Shown here: positions 12,601 to 24,530 of the stretch, piece after piece
Layout: each line of letters starts with the position of its first letter
Numbering within the stretch: position 1 is the first letter of the stretch
NCBI RefSeq assembly: GCF_041146345.1
Contig: NW_027191417.1
Location: 1,860,001 to 1,924,000, forward strand
Length of the DNA: 64,000 bases
Direction of reading: 5' to 3'
DNA from: Neodothiora populina
Lineage: Eukaryota
Made by a program: the position numbers and the translations under genes
Notes under the pieces: generated by a model
What the model saw: the letters and a program-made list of their open reading frames with translations, nothing else
Told to the model about the DNA's origin: nothing
Databases searched by the model: none

Positions 12601-15600
12601 CCCTCAGAGCGCATCCAGCAGCGCTCTTGTCAGAACCACCGAGCCTGAAGAGATCGAGGACCAAGACTCGGCGCGCTCTCCTCCTCCGGCGACGAACGGC
12701 TCGAAGACGAACGGTACTCCCTTGCGCCAGGAGATGGAGCAGATCCGCAGCAACGAGCTTGATGCCGTCCCGGAGGATGAGCCAGCCCCTGCGGCTTCTC
12801 GTAACGCGACAGCAGAAACTGCCAAGTCGCAGAGAGATCAGACCCCCGGTGAATACTGGATGTCGCCAGATCTTCAGGAGCTCCGCAACCTGTCCAGGGA
12901 ACAGATCAAGAAGGTGCACGGCTTCACCGTTGGTCGCAACGGCGTCGGCAAAATCGAGTTCGACGACGTCGACCTTACCACTGTGCCTCTCGACGAGATC
13001 CCCGGCGGTCTTGTGAAGCTTAATGTCCGTTCCGCCACAGTTTACTCGGATGGCGTCAACAAGCCACCGGTGGGCAAGGGCCTCAATGTCCCTTCCACGA
13101 TCACGCTCGAGAACTCTTGGCCTCGATCTCAAGGTGGCAGACGTCCTGTGCACGAACGCAAAGGTCCTCGCTACGACAAACACCTGGACCGTCTCAAGCG
13201 CGTCACCAACACCGAATTCATCAGCTACGATCCTGAGACTGGTATCTGGATCTTCCGCGTGCCCCATTTCACCACCTACGGTCTGGATGATGACGAAGAA
13301 GATGACGAAGGCGAGACCGAATACACCATGGAAGCCGACCCGACCCCAAAGCCGCAGATGGCAGTGTCGCTCGACGACGAGACTTCTGACATGAGTGCGG
13401 AGGAGTCGAACCCTGATGATACATTCGATTTCAAAAAAGGTCCGTCTAAGAACCTGCCGGGCGGCTTCGATGGCGAGCAGTCAATCTACGACGATGAAGA
13501 CATGGCTGACGAATCCGATGCTCAGGACGACGATAGCTCTTTTTTAGAGCAGCGCGGCATGTCGGAGCTTGAGGACCCCTTTCGTTCCTCAAACCCTGGC
13601 AATGCCGCTGCTCTGGCTGTCCTGGCTGAAGATCGTCCCATAGAGGAGGAGATCACGGAACAAGACATCGTCGGTCCCCTCGTCGAGCCTGGACCACACG
13701 GAAGGTTTGGTGCTTCTATGATGCCCAAGTCCATTCTTAAAACCTCTACTCTCTTTGCCCCTGGCACACCCAAGAAAGACCTGGCTTTCACCGACGACTG
13801 GGCCGAGCAATTGCAACGGACAGTATCACCCCAAAAGCGGGATCGACACGCCCTGCGCGAACGCCAGGCCAGCGTCATGGGTGCAGGTGCCCCAGAAAAT
13901 GCTACTTTTGCTGCTTCGGTCGCAGGCAAAGCTTTCAGCACCACCATGGATATCATGAACTCTCTCTGGGAGCCGTCTGCATCTGTGACAGGGAACCCGC
14001 TCAAGACTTCGGCTGGAGCAAAAGGCTTTGAGGTTTGACTATCCCCCACCCCAGTTTTATCGTTGACACAATTTGCTTTTACTCGAGCTGTATAATGTTG
14101 CAACGTACAGCACTCGTAGTCACTACTGTTTGCTTCCTTCATCACTTTATTCGAATACATAGTCAGACCAAATGCTAAGTTTTATCCCATTCTAGTGGCC
14201 CTATGCGAAACGTTCCAAGCTTGATGATGCTTTCGCCGACATGAGCGAGAAAGAGCGAGACTTCCATACCTCCTTCAAACCCAGCTGGGCGACCGACAAC
14301 ACTTTGGTCTATGCGATTCCTGGCAGCACGTCGTCTGTGACAGGAGTCATGACCCGCACGAAGCAACCTGTAGTGTCCAACGGCAAAGGTGTTCGGTTCG
14401 CAAAGTTTGCCGGCGACAACGCTGTAACACCGTCTCTTAAATTGCAGATGGATCAGACAAGCGTTGAGGCGGTGTCAGGAGCACCGATGGCTGAGACTCC
14501 GAGCGATCTGACTTTTGCCGCACTGGCTGGAGTCGTGGAGATCGACAATCTGCAGAATAGACACGAGCAAGCTGTGTGGAGGGTCGCTTCCATCTTGTTT
14601 GATCCGGTGTCCGTTTCTTGCAGCGCCTACATTCGAGGTCTATCGGAAGAGGAAATCTCATCCCTGGAAGGTCGCATCCGATCCGACGCCTTGTCAGCCT
14701 ACTGGGCAGAGCTTGTTAAAGAAGACGCAGGTATTGCGGCCAAAGACGCAGCTTCGGCTGAAGAAAAGGCATTCGCCTACTTAGCTGGTAACGATGTTGA
14801 GAAGGCGACATCTGCGCTTATTGAGGGTGATGACCTACGCCTCGCTACTCTCATCTCCCAGATGCCCGGCAATGGAGCTTCGAGAGGCATGATGAAGAAG
14901 CAGCTCAATTCCTGGAGAGCGCAGAATGTTCTCTCCGAGATGTCGGAACCAATCCGTGCAATATATGACCTTGCAGCGGGCAACGTCTGCGTCAGTGAAG
15001 GCAAAACAGGCGCATCCGAAGACCGGGCCCCTACCTTCAATCTCTCGTCAAGATTTGGTCTCGACTGGCGTCGTTCATTCGGACTTCGACTCTGGTATGG
15101 TGACCACGAGCCCGACGCGCTTGCGGATGCCGTCCATTCTTACGCCGACGATGTTGCGTCCGGCAAAGAGAGTGTTCTTCCTGTCCCATTCTTCACGGAA
15201 AAGGAAGTTGCTCCGGCATGGAATGATGTGGACTCACAAAGCAGGGAAGACATTTTATTTGGTTTGTTGAAGCTTTACGCCAGAAAGCCCAGCGTCGGTG
15301 GACGTACATTTGTGACAGATCTCCTTGCACCAGCTTCGGTATCAGGGAATCCACTCGACGGCCGCATGACCTGGCAACTCGCCAGCTTGCTACGCAGCAA
15401 GGACATCATCACACCAGCCGACATCACCGATGAGACTCTGGACGACCTTACTATGTCTCTTTCAGCGCAGCTTGAGATCAACGATGAGCTCACGTATGCA
15501 CTCAAGGCACTCTTGCATCTCACAGCACCCGTTGCCCGCGTTGACTATGTCCGCTCAATGCTCTGTCGCCATGCCCCGGCACTGAATGCTGCCTCCAGTA

Positions 15601-16271
15601 AAGACGCTCTACCTGCAGCATTGACGGACAATCTCAAGCTGCCAGCTCCTTGGCTTTGGCATGCTCGTGCACTCCATGCACGCTCCGTCGAAGAAGATCA
15701 CACTGCCGAGGCAACTTACCTACTCCGAGCTAATGCCTACGAGGAGGCCCACGAAGTCCTCTGCCGTATCGTCGGCCCTCGCGCAGTTGTAGCACAGGAG
15801 TACGACAGTCTGCGCATACTCCTCGATAGCTTCGAAGGCCTTGGTTCCGACGTCAAGATTGAAGGATGGGAGCTCGGCGGACAGGTATACTTTGACTACG
15901 TTCACCTGCTGAGTCTCGAGAAGACAAGCACAGACAGGCATCTGCAGGAGAAGAAGTACACACTAGAGCGCCTCGCCAGAGCCCTACCTGGTATGCTTGC
16001 TGTGAGACACAAGGCTCGCGTGGATTTGGAAGAGAGAGTCGCAGTTGGACTGGTAAGCTCTGCCGTCAGGACCGAGAGCGAAAAGGTTGCGAGAGAGGAA
16101 AAGGTAAGCTCTTTGAGACCGTACCGACACCTTCGAGAGAACATGACTAATCCGCATCCACAGGGTGGATTCGACAAGGGCGTCTTGGACACTTTGCCTA
16201 CCGCTGGAGATGGATATGCTAGGAAGGGCGCGGAAATGAGTGCGGCATTCTACAGGGCTATCGTCGCTTGA
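9677..16271 (+). CDS. nup98-96: Nucleoporin Nup98-Nup96 precursor (Nup145/Nup189/SonB type)
   Basis: FG/GLFG repeats, GLEBS motif (YQSITFQQPYQAFSFEELRLADY), autoprotease domain ending FRVPHF|TTYG, and a Nup96 domain (LDWRRSFGLRLWY). Introns 9786-10023, 10129-10211, 14033-14195 (GTTTGA donor) and a likely 16104-16163. Confidence 0.95.
9820..9863 (+). repeat. 11-bp tandem repeat (CGAGACAGACA) x3 plus a partial copy, in nup98-96 intron 1
   Basis: Exact copies at 9820, 9831 and 9842; degenerate copy at 9853. Confidence 0.9.
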
Positions 16272-17250
16272 GGGATAAGTCGAGAGGAGTGCTAACGTGG
16301 ATGCATCTCTTGTGGCTATGAGCATGACACGATATTCTAGTCTACCAGTGACAACGACCTGAGTAATCGACTCCGAGCTGGTGGCAGGTATACGTAGGTC
16401 ATCTCGAAGAGACGCGCAATGCTTCATCGTAATAGTAAATAGAAAGCCGAGCAAGACACATAACCAGGAATTTCTAAAATCGAAAGCCCTCTTCTGAGAT
16501 CCGCAAGCTGGGAATTTTCTGTGTATATCATCTTCATGCAATTGGTCCAGATAATCCATGTCTCTGAGGTACCTTACTGCAGGCCAAGAAAAGAAACTGA
16601 GAGTAGGATCCAAAGCTCGTCAGGGTCCAGGTCCTGTCAACCGTTGAGCGTGGCTTCGAGAAGAAGTCCCCCCGCTCTAAATTTGGGAAAGCATAAATAT
16701 CTGAGCCAATCGGGGAGGCCTCGGTGATCCATCAAGGTCTCCGTCTTCTACCGACCACCTCTACTCTACGTACTCATGATCTCTTGACTACATCAATACG
16801 GATCGAAAGGGGCATCGAAAGCAAACATATAGGAATGCTGTTCGTACATACTGTACCATTCGAAATTCCAGTGACTATCCAGGCAGGTCCCGGCTAAGAA
16901 CGGTTGTCTCACCGTGAACATTGTAGGATGCCGCCTAAATAGCGCCCGCACTTGAGCAAGTTTCCATCCCACCTAATCTTCAGCCTCGTGAATAGTCATT
17001 CTCCCTTCTTGAATGCGTGCCTGAATTAACTCTCCTGGATGGATGAAAATCACGTCCTCACGGCTTGCATATACGACGATTATTCGGCACCTGTTCTGAC
17101 GCAGTGTCACTAGATTTTGTGTAAAGGGGGAAATAACAACTCATATTGCCCTAGACCGGAAGGCGGGCTGCGCGCCCTCTTATAGCTCTTCTAACTCAAT
17201 CTCACTCATATTCATTGATCATCGTATATGCGACTCGCGGCGTCCTTGTC

Positions 17251-18962
17251 ATGGTGGCTATGAAGAAGGAGGACAACCCAACTGATGCAGTCAAGGTTCC
17301 TGCAGGTAAAGACCTCATCACATTGAGAAATGCTCGCAACGGCGAGGTGTACAAATTCGCCTGGTCAGTGCCACCCGCTACAAATCACATGACTCTTCTT
17401 GCTTTGGTTCTATCACGCTGTATCGTGTTGTATCTCGCGACGTCTACTGACTTGAACGCAGCAAAACATGCATCGATGGACATCGTGCACCACTATGCGA
17501 CCCGAGGAAGCACAGGGGGAAGATCATGTTCAGACGGCCTGCGCCGGGAAGACCGGCCAGACAGTGTGGCCATCCCAAATCCGCTCAGTGTGACTGTTTG
17601 TCTAAGCGGACACTGTGCTGTGTTCTGACCAACGAACAATGGGACCAAGTCGAGCAACGGCAAGTAATATCTGTCCAGATGTACGATACCCGGGAGGACC
17701 TGGATGCTGCTCAAAACAGACGCTCAATATCGTACGCGCCTTCGTCGGTCTATTCTGATCATGATACGTCTTTGACCAACAATGGATCTGTCTCTTCAGT
17801 GTCGACCCCGCTGTCAACGCCGTTGAACGTATTTGGATCTGATAGTCGTGCCAATGACGGAACTCCCGTCTCGGATTCGTATCCCTGGCCTGCAGAGACA
17901 CCGCCCGCAGCGATCTTTGGCGTAAACCCACACTTCCCATCGGATCCGCCGGCGCGTAACCTATCGCAGTCCGACACACAGTTTGCAGCATCGAATGCGC
18001 TATATCGACCGCCGAACAGCAACACCCGGATTGACATGGCAAGAAATGGTATCCTTCAGCAATCACCTTCTCAGATGTCGTGGCTCCAGCCTCGGCCTGA
18101 ATACATGTCCTACCAACAACCTCATTCTGTCCCGGTCCACGACGCACATTTTGGAGCTCTTGGTCTCGAGCAAATGCACCTTGATCCTGGAGTCATGCCT
18201 AATCAAACAAATCAAGACTTTTTGACGCAAAATCTGCAAGGCCAATTTGCCACTGTAAACCAAATGCCGCAATATTTCCAGCCTGTTCCGATGACACACG
18301 ACTTCACTCTCGATGCAGACTTGTCTCTACAAGCACAATTTGATCCAGCACAGCCGCCGGCGGCGATGGAAAATCTTAGTCAGTCTTGTTGTTCCAGCAA
18401 GAGAGCAAGACCACAAGTAAACATGTTTTTCCCGGCATCAGCACCCACACAACAGTTCCCCTGCCCTCGCTGCGCTTCTACAATGTGTACATGCACGAAT
18501 TGTCCCGAGGTCATGCAAGATGTTGGTCGCGGAGGTGCGTGGTCACGTGCTTGCGGACGAGATGGCCACCTTGATGCGCAGGATTTCATTACTGCTGTGC
18601 AAACATTACCTCAGATGCAAGCAACGCAATCAATGCCACCGCCAGCTCTTAGACCGGCCGCAAAGTCATGCTGTGGCGGTGGTGGCGGTGGTGGAGGTAG
18701 CAGGAACAGTGACAGCAGCGGTCCATCTACGACGCAAGCTTCGCCTTATCTACCGGCGATGACGGAAGCTAGCTCGTTCGCACAATCAGCGAATGGCGTA
18801 GCACCGCAGTGGTCGGCGATGCAGCAGCAACAGCAACAACACCATCCGACGCAGATGTCGCCTCAGGACTTGATGTTTGGAAACGATCCCATGCTCGATC
18901 CTCAGATGTTGTATCAGATGCCGCCACAGCAAGACCCTGGTTGGGGTGGCGGGATGGGATGA
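17251..18962 (+). CDS. Copper-fist (Ace1/Haa1/Mac1-type) DNA-binding protein, 2 exons
   Basis: Splicing intron 17364-17461 (GTCAGT...CTGAC...CAG) gives KFACKTCIDGHRAPLCDPRKHRGKIMFRRPAPGRPARQC, matching the copper-fist pattern CxxCIxGHR...C...GRP. Downstream Cys clusters: SCCS, CPRCASTMCTCTNC, SCCG. Start could also be the ATG at 17260. Confidence 0.8.
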
Positions 18963-20151
18963 AGATTCGAAAGCAAGAGACAGTGATTCCATCACCGGAT
19001 CAGCATAGCCGCCCACCCTGATGAATGGTCACTCTGAGATGGAACTTTACTTCGACTTTTGGTTTCTGACGACAAGAACCAAATGTCCTTGTTGAGCATA
19101 CTCGACGGCAATATCGCCTGTACATGCGCGGCATAATTGAGAGTATCAACAGTCTACGCCGTTGCGCAGGTTCACCTGCTCGACCACAAGCCTGATCGAT
19201 AACGTCAGGCACATGGGTCAGCCGCAGGACTTCATCAGCCTGGCCGGCATCGACCCTGGATTCTCACACTGCTTTGTTCTCTTCTCGGACAAAGTCCCAG
19301 AGTCTCTCGGACAGAGTCTAAGAAAACCCTGGACAACATGGACACCACAATCGTCTTAACTCGAGCCTGTTCTGATGCTACATGACTCCAAGCAGTCTAC
19401 ACAATGCCATGAACCCATGTCTATACACATGGCAAATCATCGACCGACTCTAGCTCCGTCTCCCAATTCTGTCTTACGGACGATGGCTTTTCTCATAGTC
19501 GTTTTGACCTTGGCCGAGCAACTACTTGGAAGAAACAGGATACGCAGGACTCGGCGAACTGGAGACTGGCGGCGCATTGTTTTTTTCTCTTCCTAACATG
19601 GAAATCCTGTACAAGGCCAGGGGAGGAGAAGGGACATGGAAACAATAAGGAACAGAAAGAAGAAGGAAAAGGGAACAACAGGATGCTCTCTGCTCAGAAG
19701 AAAAAACAGTTCAAAATGAGAAAAGTTCTAGGCATGAAGAGGAGAAGGCCAAGAATAGAAGAGACTCGGGAATGCTGCTTCTCTCAAAGTCTGGAAACAG
19801 AAGGCGAACAGGAAAAGGTTAAGGAAAACACAAGAACATAGACCTTTTATGAGATTCCTATTCTCCTCTCTGCTCATCGATTTCTCATTCGTTCTGTTGT
19901 CTTGCTCGTGATAGATGTAGCGCATGATACACATGATCGTTGGCCCCCCCCAGATCCAGGGGGGAGAGAGATATATACTTGATACATACAATCTACTGCA
20001 CACGCATATACTTGTTGAAAACAAATCACGCATGCGATAATAGAACAAGAAACCAAGAAGAGAAGGAGAAAAGGTTCATTGTACAATGTTCGTTTCCATT
20101 CGCTACGCAAAAGCAACAGAGACACAACTCGATCCCAAACAAGGCATCAAA

Positions 20152-22611
20152 TCAAGCGATGCCCAGTCCGTGGATCTCCTCGAGCTCAGCAAGGATGTCG
20201 CCCAGCATGCCCTCGATATCTCTGTCCTCGACGCCCAGGGCCCCCGAGATCAATCTTCTGTAATCCGCCTGTCGCTCGCCCAGACCCGCCGCTGCTTGGT
20301 GCTCGACGACTTCTTTGACGAGACGTATTCGGTCTTGATACAGCGACTGGATCTGGCGGAGTAATGTCAACGAAACCTGTATGTTGCTGCTGGAGTCGCC
20401 GTTGTTCATGCCGTTGCTGCTGTCCATGTCTATGCTCATGTCCATGTCGTCGTCGTTATTGTTGTGATTGTGGTTTTGCTGTCGACTTTGTTCTTGCTTT
20501 AATAGGCTTTCCAGTTCGTGCACTTGTTCTTCTTCCATCCACCCTTCGCACTCTTCGCGTAAGCGATCGAGTTCTCGCTCGAGTTGTGCGTCCACATCGA
20601 CGTCTTCTTGTTCCGACTGCGCGTTCCGTACCGCTAGATCCATGCGTGCCTTTTTCAGAGTTTCGATCTCTTCCTTGCGGAGAGCGACCACTCTTTCCGC
20701 TTCTGCCACCTCGACCTCTCGTTCACCCATCTCAGCGTCAAATGCTTTTGCTAGTGTCTCGGATTTGGAGAGAAGTAGAGGGAAGATTTGTTGAGTCAAG
20801 GCTGTCGCAGCCTCACTCTTGTGCGGGACTACTTGCTGGGGAATTATTGTCGCCGTTGACATAACCGATGACGCCAGAGGATTAGGATGTGCAGGATCAG
20901 AAAGAACGGTATTCTGGCTGAGAAGCGACAGACCGTTGTCGAGTTGGAATGGAGAAGAAGACATTGCGCGATTGCGGCGACGGTGGTTCAGCTGAACTAT
21001 CAGCTCGTCTGCCGTTTCACCCAGATCGTTGGGTAAATCGACAGCGGCATTTCGTCCGATGAGGGAACGAACACATTTGCGCGCACCGTTTCTTGCAGCG
21101 ATTGTGATTGCCGTGTCTCCATTTCGATCTTGTTTGTTCAAGATGTCTGTGATGGACTGTGGAGTGTACTGTTCGGCCATTCTGTTGAGAATGCAGTCGA
21201 GGTAGTACCTCGCGCAAGCGTACTTGGACTTGCTTGAGGTGGTCGCAGCGATGTGATGGAAGACGGTGCTACCAAACCACTCGACGCTAGGAACAGTCTC
21301 GACCAGCCAGCCAGCGAGCTTGTCCATGGTTTTCTTGTCGAAGTTGTTGGTGAAAATGACGGCACGCATCAGCGGTGTCTCGCCATTGTTGCTGGGAGAA
21401 TCAATCCTCGCGCCTCGTTGGATCAGACTTTTGACCACGTCCAAATCACCCATGGCAGCAGCCCAATGAAGCGCGGTATGACCTTTGTCGTCAATTGGCC
21501 GGTCGAGGTCAACATGAGTAGGCGGGGTAGGCGGCCGATGGAAGGGATCTGACACGGGCTCCTGGAGCATAAAGTAGTCCAGCAGCTCGTCAGCCCAAAG
21601 CTGATGCTGCTGGTCATGAATAGACAAGACGTCATCGCCTCGCTTTCGTTTGCGAGTGCTGTTGAAGTGCGGGCCTTCGGCGTAGTCGTCTATGAAAGAT
21701 TCCGAGGCGATGGTGACATTATCAGGAGTCTCGGAAGCAAGGTCAAAGTCTTCGGAGATGTGTGACAAGGCTTGCTCTTGGCCAATGTTGACAGCCTTTT
21801 TCCGGGCAGCCGCAGATGACTTACCAGGCATCCTTCGTTGCGCAGCTGGTTGCCTGCTCTGTCGGGGTTTGGAAGAGGCAGTGGCGTGCTTGGGAGCAGG
21901 TGGAGGGCTCCGGTCGCCTGGGATGTAATCGAAGATGGGGCGCAGCTTCTCGAGCACGTTGTTGCGTTCTGCAAGATTCCGGCCATCGGGAAGAGGGATC
22001 CAGGTGCCTGTTTGAGAGGTGTCAAGAAATGTCTATGGAAGTGGGCAGGTTCTAGAAAGTGCAAGAGCAAGAATGGGATTTCGCTGATCAACAGATCGAC
22101 GGTTTAGGGAATAATTGGTAGGCATGCAAGACATGACAAGTCTTGAGAGAATCTTCAAGTGCGCAAGGTGAAAGAGAGCAGTGACGGGCAGAGGAGCAAA
22201 GACGTGGATGGGCATGTCTGTTCCCTTTTTCTTTCTTCTCACTCTCCTTCTCTTCTTATGATACGACTAGGAGACTGGATGGACAATGGAAGATGGGCGT
22301 CACGCAACAGACATAGAACAATGATCGCATAAGAATCAATACGAAAGGCAGAAGAAAAAGCACCAACCTTGATATTTGCCGTAACCACCCTGCACCTTCT
22401 CATGGACACCCTTCTGCACCTCGCGCTCCAGGATCCTTGTGCGCGCAGGCTTGTCGAAATCGGCGACTTTTAGAATGTGGGTTGCGTTGATCCAGTCGTC
22501 TGATCGTCTGCGCATGACATGGTTTCCAGCGACATTGAACTCGTACACGGGCACATTGCTGTATGTGGCCGAGTAGATGCGATTGTCCGGGGCGGCGGTT
22601 GAGGGTGGCAT
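20152..22611 (-). CDS. mbp1: MBF/SBF DNA-binding subunit (Mbp1/Swi4/Res type; APSES/KilA-N domain plus ankyrin repeats)
   Basis: Exon 1 [14 protein letters not shown]...[19 protein letters not shown]...[13 protein letters not shown]. Intron 22367-22008 leads to GTWIPL. Ankyrins [12 protein letters not shown] and [12 protein letters not shown], then a C-terminal coiled coil. Possible extra 48-nt in-frame intron near 21777-21824. Confidence 0.9.
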
Positions 22612-23404
22612 CGTGAAGGCTATGAGAGAAAAGGGAAGGAGCAGAAGTCTGTCTCGCGACTTGGGCAGTCGTCAGTCGTCGAGGTCGTCGAGGTGGTGGC
22701 TGATTTGAGCGATTCGAAGAAGGTGCGACACGGGCCTTGGGTAAGAGGCAGGCCAGAAGTGGGAAGCCGCTTCTGTTGCCAGATCCTAGAGGAAACAAAG
22801 AATGCTTCGTTCCTTCTCTTTGTCGTCGACGATATGCGCGACAAGAAGCAGAAGGGCAAGGCTATAGTGGAAGATGACAATAGAGTACCTCACACAATGT
22901 GTTGATGACAGGCTCGATACGATCAAGAGCACGGACGGCGATGCATTACCTGCAGCGCCTTACCAGAGACGCGGGACGACTGGACCGAGTTGTCCAAGTG
23001 TGGGTATCTTGAGTCAAAGGGTGGAGTCAGGAAAGCGGCAGCACTTGCAGAAGCGATGATGGAATCGAGGGATGGGACTGGAAGACGCGTAAAGTGATGT
23101 GTTTGGTACGTGTCGCGCCGCGGGCACAGGGCTGACTTTGATGTACCTTGCTGTATAGTGCAGTTGCACAGTACCTAGCCTCCGAAGCGCCGACCCAGCC
23201 CTGCTCCTGCCCTGTTGCTCTCGCTCTTGCCCTGGCCTGGTCCATGCCCCGAGCTGCTCTTGCCCTGTGGGAACGTCAAGTCGGAGTGTAGAGGAAGGAG
23301 CATCAGCAGTGTAATTCAATTCACCACGCATGCTATTGGCTTGTTGAGTCTGTTACCACCACCACAACCTTCATCACCACTCCCTCTCGACAACAACAAT
23401 CAAA

Positions 23405-23996
23405 ATGACTGTCGTCGAAGACATCAAGAGCGCCGTCGGGCTCGGCAATGGTCCCTCAAACCGTACAACTCTCCGCCTCGTTCCCGTACAGCAACAGCGT
23501 CCTTGTCAACCCACTATTCACTTCATTCCGTCCTCCCGAACCTCGAAGTTTCGTCGTCGCTGTTGTTCATAATCGCATGACCAGAAAAAACTCAACGAAA
23601 GAAGACAAGGCTGACACTGGGCAAAAATAGCCGCAACGAGGAGTCAAATGTCCGAGGCCAGACTTCCAATTCCCTACAGAGACTCATGCGCACACCTCCT
23701 CATCCCTCTGAACCGATGCCGCTACGAGGAGTACTACCTTCCCTGGAAGTGCGAGGTATGTTTCTTCCTCTTTGTCTGATGTCCTTGGTACATATCGATA
23801 CACTTTATGTGCGCGCGTACGCGATTGAATCCGGGAGACACGGGAGAAAGAAGGAGACTAATGCGAGCCCTTCGGGGTTATCATCCAACAGAACGAGCGA
23901 CACACTTACGAGAAGTGCCAGTACGAGGAGTTCAAGCAGCGTGTCGCCAAGATGGACGAGCTCAGAGCTGCAAAGGGTGGTGAGAGATCCAACTGA
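23405..23996 (+). CDS. NDUFB7: NADH:ubiquinone oxidoreductase subunit B18 (NDUFB7/NB8M), 3 exons
   Basis: Not in the ORF track. Exons 23405-23462, 23631-23755 and 23892-23996 give MTVVEDIKSAVGLGNGPSNPATRSQMSEARLPIPYRDSCAHLLIPLNRCRYEEYYLPWKCENERHTYEKCQYEEFKQRVAKMDELRAAKGGERSN, with twin CX9C and the RDxCAHLLIPLNxCR signature. Confidence 0.93.
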
Positions 23997-24530
23997 GAAG
24001 GACCACGAGTGGTTTGCTATGCGAGGAAAGAGACACGAAAAAAAGAAAAGAAAAGAATACTATCAATTGATCGGGTCTGGATGGGAAGGAACCAGCAGCA
24101 CCAAGTACTTGCCCAATGTACGAGTGAGAAAAGAGTGTATATATCTCTGCCCATATATACCGAGGGGCTGGGCTGGCTCTCCTGCAGTCAAGATACCCGT
24201 GCTTACTCCAGCATGTTCGTCGGTAAAAGAAGGGAGAGAGAGTGGAAGGTCGTCAACGAAAACGAAACATCAAGTTCTAAAAACTCAAGTCCTGTCGGAA
24301 ATCGATTTCATTTCGCTTTTTCTCATGTCTGATTCCGGACCTTATAGTTCCTGGGGCTACCGTAAGTCAAGAAGCAAGACCAGTCCATCGGGCTGGAACT
24401 CGAGATAACATATGCCAACTACTGTGTTGGATGTTACTCTGGTCCAAGCAGCTGTCTTTGTTCTTTCCGCCTGCTCTCAGCCGACCCAAGCCATCATCTC
24501 CCTTGTCTCTGTTCTCATGATCTCAATTTC

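Noticed and set aside
22008..22367. 360-nt mbp1 intron with GTTGGT donor, as a possible stwintron or snoRNA host
   Set aside because: No nested splice sites rebuilding a donor, and no box motifs could be supported.
23686..24408. 240-aa ORF on the plus strand
   Set aside because: It overlaps NDUFB7 exons 2-3 in another frame and runs through an intron and the 3' UTR.
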